A stretch of 9,660 nucleotides of DNA from a virus (taxonomy: Duplodnaviria; Heunggongvirae; Uroviricota; Caudoviricetes), in IMG/VR virus record IMGVR_UViG_2636415712_000005, positions 1 through 9,660 of that record; one strand, 5' to 3'. Below the pieces are notes generated by a model. That model was not told the DNA's origin and ran no database searches. It saw only the letters and a list, made by a program, of their open reading frames with translations. The position numbers were made by a program, and so were the translations under genes. Below are positions 9,334-9,660 of the stretch, piece after piece (within the stretch, counting starts at the first letter, position 1; each line of letters starts with the position of its first letter).

Positions 9334-9660
9334 ATGACTAAAAATACTCGTTTTTCCCCCGAAGTCCGTCAACGGGCAGTCCGTATGGTTCTGGAAAGTC
9401 AGGGCGAATATGACTCACAATGGGCGACAATTTGTTCCATTGCCCCAAAGATTGGCTGTACGCCGGAGACTCTGCGTGTCTGGGTTCGCCAGCATGAGCG
9501 GGATACCGGGGGCGGTGATGGAGGGCTCACCACCGCTGAACGTCAGCGTCTGAAAGAGCTGGAGCGTGAAAATCGTGAACTGCGCCGCAGTAACGATATC
9601 CTTCGCCAGGCTTCCGCTTATTTTGCGAAGGCGGAGTTCGACCGCCTCTGGAAAAAATGA
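9334..9660 (+). CDS. IS629 OrfA (helix-turn-helix transposase N-terminal subunit, 108 aa)
   Basis: [108 protein letters not shown], with stop TGA at 9658-9660 exactly at the window end. An A-rich tract (GGAAAAAATGA) at the orfA terminus is where orfB would overlap. Confidence 0.9.
   Translation: MTKNTRFSPEVRQRAVRMVLESQGEYDSQWATICSIAPKIGCTPETLRVWVRQHERDTGGGDGGLTTAERQRLKELERENRELRRSNDILRQASAYFAKAEFDRLWKK

Larger units (their letters stand above)
9280..9660 (+). mobile_element. IS629 / IS1203-type (IS3 family) insertion sequence, left part (continues beyond the window end)
   Basis: Starts TGAACCGCCCCGGGAATCCTGGAGACTAAACTTCCTGAGAAAGAGGTAAACAGG ATG..., matching the IS629 left end as I recall it. 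Followed by the characteristic OrfA. Confidence 0.9.

Noticed and set aside
9646-9660. A-rich tract GGAAAAAATGA at the end of IS629 orfA as a possible frameshift site
   Set aside because: The motif is suggestive, but orfB lies beyond the window, so neither the overlapping frame nor the phase can be checked. Not reported as a feature.

Overview
This window reads as the late (virion assembly / DNA-ejection) region of a defective P22-like prophage in an enterobacterial (E. coli/Shigella-type) chromosome, bracketed and damaged by two different IS3-family insertion sequences. Positions 1-1241 are an essentially complete IS911 copy on the minus strand (orfA, orfB, the A-AAA-AAG frameshift site and both terminal repeats are visible; about 8 bp of one end lie left of the window). 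It is inserted inside the P22-type major coat gene, leaving only the 3' part of that gene (1242-2108). Downstream follows an uninterrupted, tightly packed, translationally coupled plus-strand series of genes matching the P22 order 4-10-26-14-7-20-16: a terminator hairpin, a small ORF, gp4-like, gp10-like, a tail needle, a gene-14-position protein, and three ejection proteins. The last of these carries an unmistakable N-terminal lytic transglycosylase (SLT) domain. At 9280 an IS629-type element begins (terminal repeat plus complete orfA) and cuts off a gene only 7 codons after its start. I see no CRISPR array, tRNA/rRNA gene, or recognisable defence or toxin system. The items most worth follow-up are the IS-disrupted prophage architecture, the mosaic SLT-bearing ejection protein, the tail needle with a non-P22 C-terminal domain, and the IS629-truncated gene sitting in the classical P22 accessory-gene (moron) slot. 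All homology statements come from my recall of P22/IS911/IS629 sequences plus synteny; no database search was run.
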